From: Phoronis australis | Lineage: Eukaryota; Animalia; Phoronida | Assembly: GCA_002633005.1 (NCBI GenBank) | Contig: NMRA01000516.1 | Span: 37,346-101,345 of the forward strand | Length of the DNA: 64,000 bases | Reading direction: 5' to 3' | Shown: positions 11,201 to 20,604 of the stretch, piece after piece | Layout of the letters: every line of letters begins with the position of its first letter | How positions within the stretch are numbered: the stretch's first letter is position 1 | Position numbers and translations under genes: made by a program | Notes under the pieces: generated by a model | Seen by the model: only the letters and a program-made list of their open reading frames with translations | Database searches by the model: none | What the model was told of the DNA's origin: nothing

Positions 11201-14200
11201 TGCAATTTTGGGGTCTACGGAAGAAATACACGCTGTGGGACCTAGCTGTATTTTGACGACAGTCTTCATACAGCTAGCTGGCTGGCTAAAAGCATGGTTG
11301 CGTTGACAGTGAATGGTTTGATTGCTTTCAGAATTGGAAGAAGATAACCCTAAATCGATTGAGATGAAAGATATTGAGGTATCAAAGTGCATGTCACAGG
11401 AAGACCTAAACAAGAATAACAAAAGTGAGGACGTAGTTGGAGTGGAAAAGTGCAGTGTAAAGGGTGAAAATGACAGTGCAAATTCTGATGACAAGCCAGC
11501 AGAGGTTGATGATGTCATAACAAGTAGAGATGATGTCACCAATAGTGTTGATGATGTCATAGCAAGTAGAGATGATGTCACCAATAGTGCTGACATTGCT
11601 GCTAACACTAAAGAAGAAACAGCTTGTGATGAAGAAAGAAAGTTCAAGACAAATAGTGAAGAGCCTCATTCTAGCAAACTGGATGGGGATGGACAGGCAA
11701 CAGCTGAGGATAAACTGCTTGAAGAAACAACTGCTGCTAAGTTGGATATAAAACCAAAACCAAAGAAGAGTGCTGTTCGTCATATTTTTTCTAACTTCTT
11801 CACCATTATCGAGGGCTGGCGTGTATACATGCGTCAGGACACAGTATTCGCTGGCTTAGGACTAGCCATGCTCTTCATGACTGTGTTGGGTTTCGACGTC
11901 ATAACGAGCGCATATGGGTACTCACAGGGTCTTACTGAGTCAATACTGGGTATATGTATGGCGCTTGGTGCTCTAACAGGCATCATCGGCACAGTGATTT
12001 TCCAGCACTTACGCAGTAAAGTCGGCTTGGAGCGCACTGGCTTGTTTGCTACTGCCACACAAGTTGGGTTCCTCAGTCTGTGCGTTCTGTCAGTATGGCT
12101 GCCTGGTAGTCCGTTTGACTTGTCTTATGATGGGTCACATGGTGACCAAAACAACACCCTATGTGCCAACTCTTCAGTTGCTGTCCCACAAGATACTCCT
12201 GTCAATCAAACTCTAGGCTCGTGCGTGGCGCATGGCGGAGTGCGTAATTATGCCTCTGTGATCGTCTTCTTCGTTGGCATTGTGTTTTCACGCTGTGGTA
12301 TGTTTCCTTTTGTTTTACCATGATGCAAATTTGGGTTAATGCCTATCATTATGTTCATCTTAACAGTTTACCTTCAGTTTTTAATCTTCTTAGTTCTATT
12401 TCATTGTGTGCTGAGGTTATGTAGAGCCCTCAAAAAATAAGACAAATTTGGTTCGATACAATATCTCAGAGATGCCTAATTCAAATTATGTGAAACTTTC
12501 TGATTGAGATACTTTCTGACTGAAGATACTTTCTAACTGAGATACTTTCTGACTGAGACACTTTCTGACTGAGATACTTTCTGACTGAGATACTTTCTGA
12601 CTGAGACACTTTCTGACTGAGATACTTTCTGACTGAGACACTTTCTGACTGAGACACTTTCTGACTGAGATACTTTCTGACTGAAGATACTTTCTAACTG
12701 AGATTTTTTCTGACTGAGACACTTTCTCACTGAGACACTTTCTGACTCAGACACTTTCTGACTGAGACACTTTCTGNNNNNNNNNNNNNNNNNNNNNNNN
12801 NNNNNNNNNNNNNNNNNNNNNNNNNNNNNNNNNNNNNNNNNNNNNNNNNNNNNNNNNNNNNNNNNNNNNNNNNNNNNNNNNNNNNNNNNNNNNNNNNNNN
12901 NNNNNNNNNNNNNNNNNNNNNNNNNNNNNNNNNNNNNNNNNNNNNNNNNNNNNNNNNNNNNNNNNNNNNNNNNNNNNNNNNNNNNNNNNNNNNNNNNNNN
13001 NNNNNNNNNNNNNNNNNNNNNNNNNNNNNNNNNNNNNNNNNNNNNNNNNNNNNNNNNNNNNNNNNNNNNNNNNNNNNNNNNNNNNNNNNNNNNNNNNNNN
13101 NNNNNNNNNNNNNNNNNNNNNNNNNNNNNNNNNNNNNNNNNNNNNNNNNNNNNNNNNNNNNNNNNNNNNNNNNNNNNNNNNNNNNNNNNNNNNNNNNNNN
13201 NNNNNNNNNNNNNNNNNNNNNNNNNNNNNNNNNNNNNNNNNNNNNNNNNNNNNNNNNNNNNNNNNNNNNNNNNNNNNNNNNNNNNNNNNNNNNNNNNNNN
13301 NNNNNNNNNNNNNNNNNNNNNNNNNNNNNNNNNNNNNNNNNNNNNNNNNNNNNNNNNNNNNNNNNNNNNNNNNNNNNNNNNNNNNNNNNNNNNNNNNNNN
13401 NNNNNNNNNNNNNNNNNNNNNNNNNNNNNNNNNNNNNNNNNNNNNNNNNNNNNNNNNNNNNNNNNNNNNNNNNNNNNNNNNNNNNNNNNNNNNNNNNNNN
13501 NNNNNNNNNNNNNNNNNNNNNNNNNNNNNNNNNNNNNNNNNNNNNNNNNNNNNNNNNNNNNNNNNNNNNNNNNNNNNNNNNNNNNNNNNNNNNNNNNNNN
13601 NNNNNNNNNNNNNNNNNNNNNNNNNNNNNNNNNNNNNNNNNNNNNNNNNNNNNNNNNNNNNNNNNNNNNNNNNNNNNNNNNNNNNNNNNNNNNNNNNNNN
13701 NNNNNNNNNNNNNNNNNNNNNNNNNNNNNNNNNNNNNNNNNNNNNNNNNNNNNAATACAAACGAAGATCAGACTTGGGGCATGTTTTAATGTTTCGTGAA
13801 ATGTACATAGTTTTCATACTTCCATGACCTGTATATACCTGATGAAAAAGAGGGTGCATCCTTTGTCTGGTGCAATTTTCTCCATCATTATTTTTTCTTG
13901 TAGCATTGTCTTGTCTTGCCACAGATCGGTGAATGTTGGACCTCACCATAACATTAATTATTATTGTCACAGGTCTGTGGATGTTGGACCTCACCATTAC
14001 ACAGATTGTGCAAGAGAACGTGGCAGAGCATGAGCGTGGTGTCGTTGGAGGCGTTCAGAACTCGTTCAACATGCTTTTGGACATGTTGAAGAATGTCATG
14101 GTCATCCTGGCTCCACGGCCACAGACGTTCGGCATACCTATCATCATATCCTTCTGTTTTGTCACACTAGGTGGCATGATGTACTCCATGTATTCTCGCA

Positions 14201-14274
14201 AGGTGCGAGGACACTTGCTGCCCATATGTATGCATGAGAATGGTAACCACAAGCCAAATGCGGTTGCAGTCTGA
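1738..14274 (+). CDS. SLC40A1: Ferroportin (solute carrier family 40 member 1), multi-exon gene: join(1738..1808,3591..3750,4567..4809 or 5572..5814,9964..10176,11332..12297,13973..14274); 5' exon not resolved
   Basis: Spliced translation gives ferroportin motifs SHTLSAW|[94 protein letters not shown]. All introns are GT-AG with compatible phases; 1955 nt = 2 nt + 651 codons including TGA. Confidence 0.96.
2447..2915. repeat. 30-bp minisatellite (TTGGATGAGTGAGACAATAGCATCCCATA-like), about 15 copies, single N at 2762
   Basis: Direct tandem copies with no spacers; source of ORFs 2357-2973. Confidence 0.95.
2990..3410. repeat. ~31-bp minisatellite (CTGACCATGGTTTGAGACCATCCAACTTCACT), about 13 copies
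   Basis: Direct tandem copies. Confidence 0.93.
3591..3750 (+). CDS. SLC40A1: Ferroportin exon (human exon 3 equivalent, 160 nt): GDRMWWF...WVDKYPRLR
   Basis: ttttccag| acceptor, AG|gtttgt donor; lies in ORF 3573..3986. Confidence 0.95.
4567..4809 (+). CDS. SLC40A1: Ferroportin 243-nt exon, copy 1 ([10 protein letters not shown]...KTRLA); probably an allelic duplicate
   Basis: tttcag| acceptor, A|gtgagt donor; part of a ~1-kb duplication ending at the single N at 4825. Confidence 0.75.
5572..5814 (+). CDS. SLC40A1: Ferroportin 243-nt exon, copy 2 ([10 protein letters not shown]...KTRLA)
   Basis: Same splice sites as copy 1; differs by an I/V change and synonymous SNPs. Confidence 0.8.
5856..7413. 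mobile_element. 1.56-kb non-autonomous TIR DNA transposon (TAG termini, hAT-like)
   Basis: ~70-bp imperfect TIRs TAGTGAGGCCCAG(G/A)TAAAAAAAATC..ATTTGCT..AAGGCCATTTTT; flanks GGATTGT / GGATTGC (imperfect TSD). Confidence 0.8.
8215..9310 (+). mobile_element. Helentron-type non-autonomous element (HINE/DINE-1-like), copy A, with a (CA)n expansion at 8228-8284
   Basis: 5' TTTTTATGCGCCCA subTIR; internal ~140-180-bp repeats; 3' GTGGGTACAT subTIR plus degenerate hairpin CAAGGCTCCAGCGTTG; homologous to 29111-30845. Confidence 0.7.
9405..9627. repeat. 28-bp AT-rich minisatellite (AACGTAATTACATGGTATATATTAATAT), about 8 copies
   Basis: Direct tandem copies. Confidence 0.93.
9964..10176 (+). CDS. SLC40A1: Ferroportin exon: [18 protein letters not shown]...KGMPTLQ
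   Basis: ttccag| acceptor, G|gtatgt donor; ORF 9921..10208; RRID motif. Confidence 0.95.
11332..12297 (+). CDS. SLC40A1: Ferroportin exon: expanded acidic cytoplasmic loop plus TM7-TM10
   Basis: ctttcag| acceptor, G|gtatgt donor; ORF 11322..12323; [15 protein letters not shown] and KVGLERTG motifs. Confidence 0.95.
12497..12776. repeat. 16-bp minisatellite (ACTTTCTGACTGAGAY) running into the assembly gap
   Basis: Direct tandem copies; source of ORFs 12486-12754. Confidence 0.93.
12777..13753. other. Assembly gap (977 N) in the last ferroportin intron
   Basis: Run of N. Confidence 0.99.
13973..14274 (+). CDS. SLC40A1: Ferroportin last coding exon: GLWMLDL...NAVAV*
   Basis: gtcacag| acceptor; ORF 13933..14274; TGA at 14272-14274. 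Confidence 0.95.
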
Positions 14275-14659
14275 GTACCAGGTTTTGGCATGTTTTCTGA
14301 GAGTGAAGTTTTAGATTATAAGTAAATTTGATTGCTTGGTTTTGAATAATGATCCTTGAGATTTGACTGTAAATGACTACTATCACTTTTATGCTCTGGT
14401 CTCACTTATTGTGAGTAAATGTACTGGGGTCGTTTTGACGCTAATATTTTTTTGTTGTAAGTGTTGGCTTTTGGTGGTAACTTGGATGTGCACACTTGGT
14501 AGGGGATTTGGGGCTTGCAGCGACATCTGGTGGAGTGCTCCCAGGGTACTAACTCTCAGAAGATGGATTCGTCAAATACAAGAGCCATATTTCCAAGTTC
14601 TCTGGCTTGTACATTTTCTCTTATTCTAGCAGGAATCTCAATTATTGTTGTGATCACAT

Positions 14660-14800
14660 GTGCATGAGTGTTACCATATGTGCATGTGTATGTGTGAGTG
14701 TATGGTGTGTGTGTGCGTGTGTGTGTTTGTGCGTGTGTGTGTTAGTGTGTATGCGTGTGAGTGCGTGCATGCATTTGTGTGAGTGTGCCTATACATGTAT
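14660..14800. repeat. Degenerate (GT)n microsatellite in the ferroportin 3' UTR
   Basis: TG-rich run. Confidence 0.8.
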
Positions 14801-15469
14801 TTGATAGCTCTCATGTACAATCTTGTCTTGGCAACATTAACTGGGATTTAGGCCGGAAATTTTGCCATCCATGTTCTGTGAATTTGGGATGATAGTCTGT
14901 AGGGATTGCTTCAGTCGCAGGAACAACCACACACTGTATCAAGGTATCCAGCTTCAATGAAACATGCTGTAGGGATTGCTTTTGTCGCAGGACCAACCAC
15001 ACACTGTATTTCTCAAGGTATCCAGCTTCAATGAAATGATGAACATTGAAAGAAATGGGCAATTGTATTCACTGTTTATTTCAGAATGATTGACAGTATG
15101 GTATTTTCAATAACACATCGTGTGGGTCAGATTGCTTAAGGTTGTTACTTATTGTGTTTGATTGATTAGAATATGCGATAGTTGAAATGTGTTTATGTCA
15201 CAGTGGCACTGTTTACTGTCACAATATTCCCAGTCCGTCCACACACATAATTGGTACTTATTTCCCAAGTACACCTAGTTCAGAAAACAAAGCTTTTATA
15301 CCCTGTCAGTGTTGCATTTGCACATTAGTTTGTGATTAATAACGAGGTCATAACTTAGAAGTGCATTTAGTTATTTCCTGCTGATGCTGGTCCTCATACT
15401 ATTTGAAGGTCAGACACATTTTCTAGTCCTCTGGAACCTTGGTTGCATTATCTTAGCTTAATTTAAACA

Positions 15470-16108
15470 TTGGTATCTCATGGACCTCTATAAAATGAAG
15501 TGGTGGTTGACAACACTCACTACTTATACTTGTTTGCCTCTGAAGTAAGTAAATGTTAACTGCTTAGAAATCAAATTACTTTTTAAATTTCTTATTTAAT
15601 GAAACAAAGCATTATTTATAAAACAGTGTTGTGGAGATCAAGTAAATTTTATTAAAACTGTCATGTGGCAGATTGCCTTCTACATGCGCGCACCCAGCCT
15701 AAAATATAGGGGGGGGGGGCTCGAATTTTTTAGTATGTGTACCTTTTACTAAAAAAATCAGTGACTAAAAAGNAGTGGTGGTATCCCATGGACCTCTATA
15801 CAATGAAGTGGTGGTATCCCATGGACCTCTATACAATGAAGTGATGGTTGACAACACTCACTACTTATACTTGTTTGCCTCTGAAGTAAGTAAATGTTAA
15901 CTGCTTAGAAATCAAATTACTTTTTAAATTTCTTATTTAATGAAACAAAGCATTATTGATAAAACAGTGTTGTGGAGATCAAGTAAATTTTATTAAAACT
16001 TTCATGTGGCAGATTGCCTTCTAGATGCGCGCACCCAGCTTAAAATATAGGGGGGACTCGAATTTTTTAAAATGTGTACCTTTCACTAAAAAAATCGGTG
16101 ACTAAAAA
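15470..16108. repeat. ~300-bp duplication split by the single N at 15773 (probable haplotype overlap)
   Basis: 15470-15772 is repeated at about 15810-16108 with a few SNPs and indels. Confidence 0.8.
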
Positions 16109-17512
16109 GGGGTATTATGTTCAGACCTATGAATTGTGCATTCTTGCTTAATTCCTGTGGACTTTTGTCTAGTTTTCTTGGACTTTTTGTTTCTCCGAGA
16201 TGTACTTTTTGCCCACTTTGCCAAATGGGGTGCGCGCATATCCTAGATGTTTTTATCATAATTGTGGTGCTGAGATAATCGCTGCTACTAAAAACATAAT
16301 ATATGCACTTAAAGTGACATTCCATGAGTATTATGGCTGGCTCCATGCAGCTCAATGCAATATTGTTTTTATGTTAATGTCGTAGTTGCCGAGGGCTTCC
16401 AAATGGTCAGTGTTCTCCCATTTCCTTGAAAATCTACATTGATGTAAAGTTTTTGAAGTACAAGAATTGTAATTAAAATTGGTTTTGGGCTGATTTCAGG
16501 CCATGGTTATTACCAGTTGTGACATACATATACAATGTATTGCTTAGATCTACTGTAAGCAGCTCTATTATTTATAGACTGCTGTGAGAGGTACTCTGCT
16601 TTGTTTAGATCTGGAAACTTCATGTAGAGCTGTTGAAATAGGTACTATGTATTATGTAAACCTTAGCCATGAAGCTCAATGAAACTGTTATGAGAGGTAG
16701 TATGTATTATGTAGACCTACATCATGTAGTTCAATGATCCAAAGTAAGCAGTTTTCCTGTCCTTTAAACAGTGTACCTATCATAACTAGTCACTACGTGC
16801 TTGTTGCGTCCATTATTCAAGGTGGTTACATTATGTTCCTCTGTTGTTGCAGGCCCTTTTGGCATTATATAGGGCAAAGGAAAATAACTTGTGGTTTATT
16901 TTTAAAAGTGTCTGTTTATCAAACAATGCCAGCTGAAATATCTGGTTCAGTTTTTTGGTGAGGTGTGGGTTTCAAATTTAATCAAGTACAGAATCAAAAC
17001 CCAATTATTTTTGGCCTTCCCAGTGAATACAAGACTGTTGGTTGAATCTCATAAAGAGATGACCAAAAAGTAATGAAATCTTTTAAGCAAAATAAACACA
17101 TTGCTCATTAACTTGGGAAGATAAATTGTCATTGGACATCCTTGAAGCTTGTGACTTTCCAGTAGCACTCTGCGATGAATTTTCGTTCTCAAAAATCAAA
17201 TCGTTTGACAGTCATACACACAAGACGTGATGGCCCACTCCTGCTTTTTCAGCAAGGTGGTCCCATGTGCACAGTTCTATCCACTGGAACTGAATTTGAA
17301 CTTCTGGCGTCGCACTGAAGTGTGAGGACACGTTTTTGGGACATCTTGTATAATTTATATTGAACATTATGGTGAACTTGTAAAGTCAGGACTACACTGA
17401 ATGGTTATAATTGGAACTTAAAGATATATTTTAACAATTTGTTATTCATAATTTATTTTTATTTTAATTATTGAAACGTTTGTTAAAATGAAATAATCAA
17501 TGAAAATATCAA

Positions 17513-17533
17513 ATTAAAAGCTGTTTTTTTATT
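17513..17533. terminator. Facing polyadenylation signals: ATTAAA (+, 17513-17518) and AATAAA (-, 17528-17533)
   Basis: Both hexamers are present at the point where + strand composition flips from T/G-rich to A/C-rich between the convergent genes. Confidence 0.5.
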
Positions 17534-19353
17534 CAATGGGCGTATTACACAAGTCATGTTCTTTGCGATGCTTATTAAAGAAATTGCCATGGACACAGTA
17601 AGAATTACAATGGACATGATTGCTGACTTAACCTCGACCACAGACAGTTAGAAAGCTAATAAAATGCGGCTATAGAAAATCAGTGGAAACTGAGGTTAGT
17701 ATGCCCGAAAGAATGTTGAAAAGTAATACAACTTTGCACCAATAGTTTTTATTACTATCATAAATAGTCTTAATCATCTTCATTCAATCAAGACACACAA
17801 ATACATTTGCAATGCCCGAGATTCAAAATGACGATCTACAAAAAGCACCAACATGAACACAATCTGAGAAAATTTTAAGTAGAAAAGATAATCAAAACTG
17901 TGCGAGGCACATGCGAAACATTAGCTAACACTTGGTTTGTAGAGCATGAACAGTAAGTTTTACCTCTTCCAACTCCTTAGTTATGACTTCAGTACCATAA
18001 TTCTACATTCCAACCTGACGCCACCAGTCACTTTAGTGGTGACCATTTTGCTACATTACACGCATAGTCTTGCATGATCTTGTTTTTCTCACACCAAACT
18101 TACTAGTCTAGTGAAGGCTACCATGTTCTTTACATGTACACCAATGTTACTAGTCTAGTGAAGGCTACCATCAGAAGTCTTAATTCATCATCAGAGTAAA
18201 CATACTGAGCCATGCTGTAATTATAATTTTTCCCACATAATGGTTATCACCACTCATTTTTGTAGATAACAAAATTGGTCGTCATGACAAGGAAACATTT
18301 TTCATGCTTATTTTTGTCGCGTACTGCAGAAACCAGTTGAGGAAAAATTGATGAAAGAAAAACTGTCTATGTGACCGTTAGCCTAGTCAGCTTCTTAGAT
18401 ATTACAGAACTATAGCTGTAAAGTCATGAATGTTGACTGAACATCAAGTGCACAATGTTAGTGTTCGTCCTACACATTCTTGTAAAACTGTCTTATCAAA
18501 ATCTGCAATATCCTTGTAACAGCATTTCTGCAAACAGGCCTCTGCTCAGATTGCTGCATAAAAATAATTGCAGGTGGTCTGATACATGTTCTACCAGACA
18601 TGCACAGATTGGCCCATTGTACTGATCACCTGGAACCATTTTTATCCTTTATTAATGTACAGTTGAAAACTGAGGAGCTGGAGACCTGATTAAAGGGTCA
18701 AGCAGTGTAGCCCAGTGGCACTTTAACCCCCTACCTTAAAGGAAGACCACACTTATCCCACTAGGCCACACTGCCTTCTCTCAGATTGCTGCAAGTGACG
18801 ATACACATCTGATGCACTTATTTTAAAATACAAGCTAATCGTATGTCCACGTTGTGGAGACAGCAGCCTCGTTACACTACAAAAAACCAAACCAATCCAA
18901 CAATGACATCCTACAATATATACCACCAGAACTAGTACTACCTCTTCAAAACATAAATAATACAAAACGTCCTTGCACACAAAAAACACTGAACACCATT
19001 GGTACTTTGATGACTATCTTCAAGCACAATCAATTCAATAGATGACTCCACAGTAGGGTCCAAATACACGAAACCATCAGTAACCCCTCCTATTGTCAGT
19101 GTACAGCAGTCACTTCAATACAACAGGAACCTTTTTTGCAGGCACCTTGATATGTTAATGTATTGAATGAAATGGTGAGTGGGCTCCTGGAAATAACCTG
19201 GCATACAATACCAATAACTGGTTGCACATACAAAAAGCAGAGTGAAAAAAATATTCACCTGTCAGGAAATACCAACCAACTGCAAGTTGTCTGATACCCC
19301 CCAAAACTCTTGTCAATAAATTTCCCACAGCTCAAACAAACAAAAAAGCTTCA

Positions 19354-20604
19354 TTAGATGGTGGTCACCAAAGGTAACTTGTGTTCCCCATTCGTCATCT
19401 GCAGGGGATCACTCGTTTCTACAGGACGGGGTGTCCTATTGCTGTATCCACTTCTCACTTGCTCATAGTTACTGTCTGGTTGTTCTGACTTCACCTTGTA
19501 CTCCTGTTGAAGCCTCTGCAGTTTGAGATATTCATCCCGTAGTTGTATACTCTTCTTATTTCTCATCTGATTTGTATGTTGTATAATCTGAGCTCGTGAG
19601 AGCGAGCTACTTCTGGGAAGGAGCGGTGGTGGAGGGTTCATCCTTGTTATTAACTCGTCGGTCGTCTTCGACTTCGGTACTCTGACCCCCTCCTGAGAAT
19701 CCTGGCTGTTGACAGAGTCTGTGTCACTATCGTCACTCGACAAATGTTCAGGTAAATCCTGAAGGAACTTCACATCTGATGAAATGTTTGTCTCACTTTG
19801 TGATTCACCTCCATCAGCATTATCATAGAGTCCCTGCATAGTATTATGTTGATATGAAAACGGTTGTCTTGGGTTTGGCCTCTGCATGACAACATTGGTA
19901 CTCTGTGTAGTTGTCATGGGCACAGGTATGGAAGTACCCAAGCCTCGATTTGCGGTGGTGTGTTGGTGTGTTTTTACGCGTTGTGTTTCCTGAGTTTTGA
20001 CTGCTGACGCCTGGACAGGTATTCTTTGCTCTCTCGTTGGAACGAAGTCGACATATGTTGTGTATGTCTTGCTGGGTAAGTTTTGCCTCACAGGTGGCGT
20101 TGGTCTACCCTGCTGATTCAAGTGAACCATCACCATACTTTGCTTGGTCGGCGAGGTTACTTGATACTTGGGTGGGGACCTGGTGTACAGATGTGTTGGC
20201 TGTTTGACTGAACATGTACTGACTGACACAGGAGGTCCATCCTGTCTAATGACTGCACCAACAGGTGGTGCCCTTGATGGAGGAGCTGTGGTGTACCTTA
20301 CTATGTGTTTCTGTTTAGTGGCAGAGTGTGTTGGCGAAATCTGAGACTTTCCCGGTTTTCTTTCGGTCAACGTCTCAACTACAGTCTGCGACATGCTCGT
20401 GGGTAAAAGATGATTGACAGCTGAGTCTGGTATGGCTAGAGTTGATGACGGGATAGTCACATTGGCGTCGGTTGAGTTGACTCGTCGGAAGGCTGATGGA
20501 GGCGCAGTGTTCAACTGCATCGAAATCTCATCTGGTTCATCAATGAACATAATATCATCCATGCGATCTTGACTTTTACCAGTGTCATGGCTCGCAGCCT
20601 GGCC
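19354..20604 (-). CDS. SRCIN1/KIAA1217: SRCIN1/KIAA1217-like last exon, P/S/T/Q-rich disordered tail ending PLVTTI*
   Basis: cctttcag| acceptor at 20605-20606, in frame with ORF 19354..20562 (402 aa). Confidence 0.88.
   Translation of the reverse strand, partial: GQAASHDTGKSQDRMDDIMFIDEPDEISMQLNTAPPSAFRRVNSTDANVTIPSSTLAIPDSAVNHLLPTSMSQTVVETLTERKPGKSQISPTHSATKQKHIVRYTTAPPSRAPPVGAVIRQDGPPVSVSTCSVKQPTHLYTRSPPKYQVTSPTKQSMVMVHLNQQGRPTPPVRQNLPSKTYTTYVDFVPTREQRIPVQASAVKTQETQRVKTHQHTTANRGLGTSIPVPMTTTQSTNVVMQRPNPRQPFSYQHNTMQGLYDNADGGESQSETNISSDVKFLQDLPEHLSSDDSDTDSVNSQDSQEGVRVPKSKTTDELITRMNPPPPLLPRSSSLSRAQIIQHTNQMRNKKSIQLRDEYLKLQRLQQEYKVKSEQPDSNYEQVRSGYSNRTPRPVETSDPLQMTNGEHKLPLVTTI

Noticed and set aside
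11066-12058. Antisense ORFs of 193, 125 and 74 aa
   Set aside because: Shadows of the ferroportin coding exon.
12747-13997. 416-aa ORF on -
   Set aside because: Consists almost entirely of the N gap.
14275-17500. CAGTGN loops in the ferroportin 3' UTR as IREs (about 15201, 15307, 15624, 16408, 16769, 17021)
   Set aside because: None has the flanking 5-bp stem and C bulge when paired by eye.
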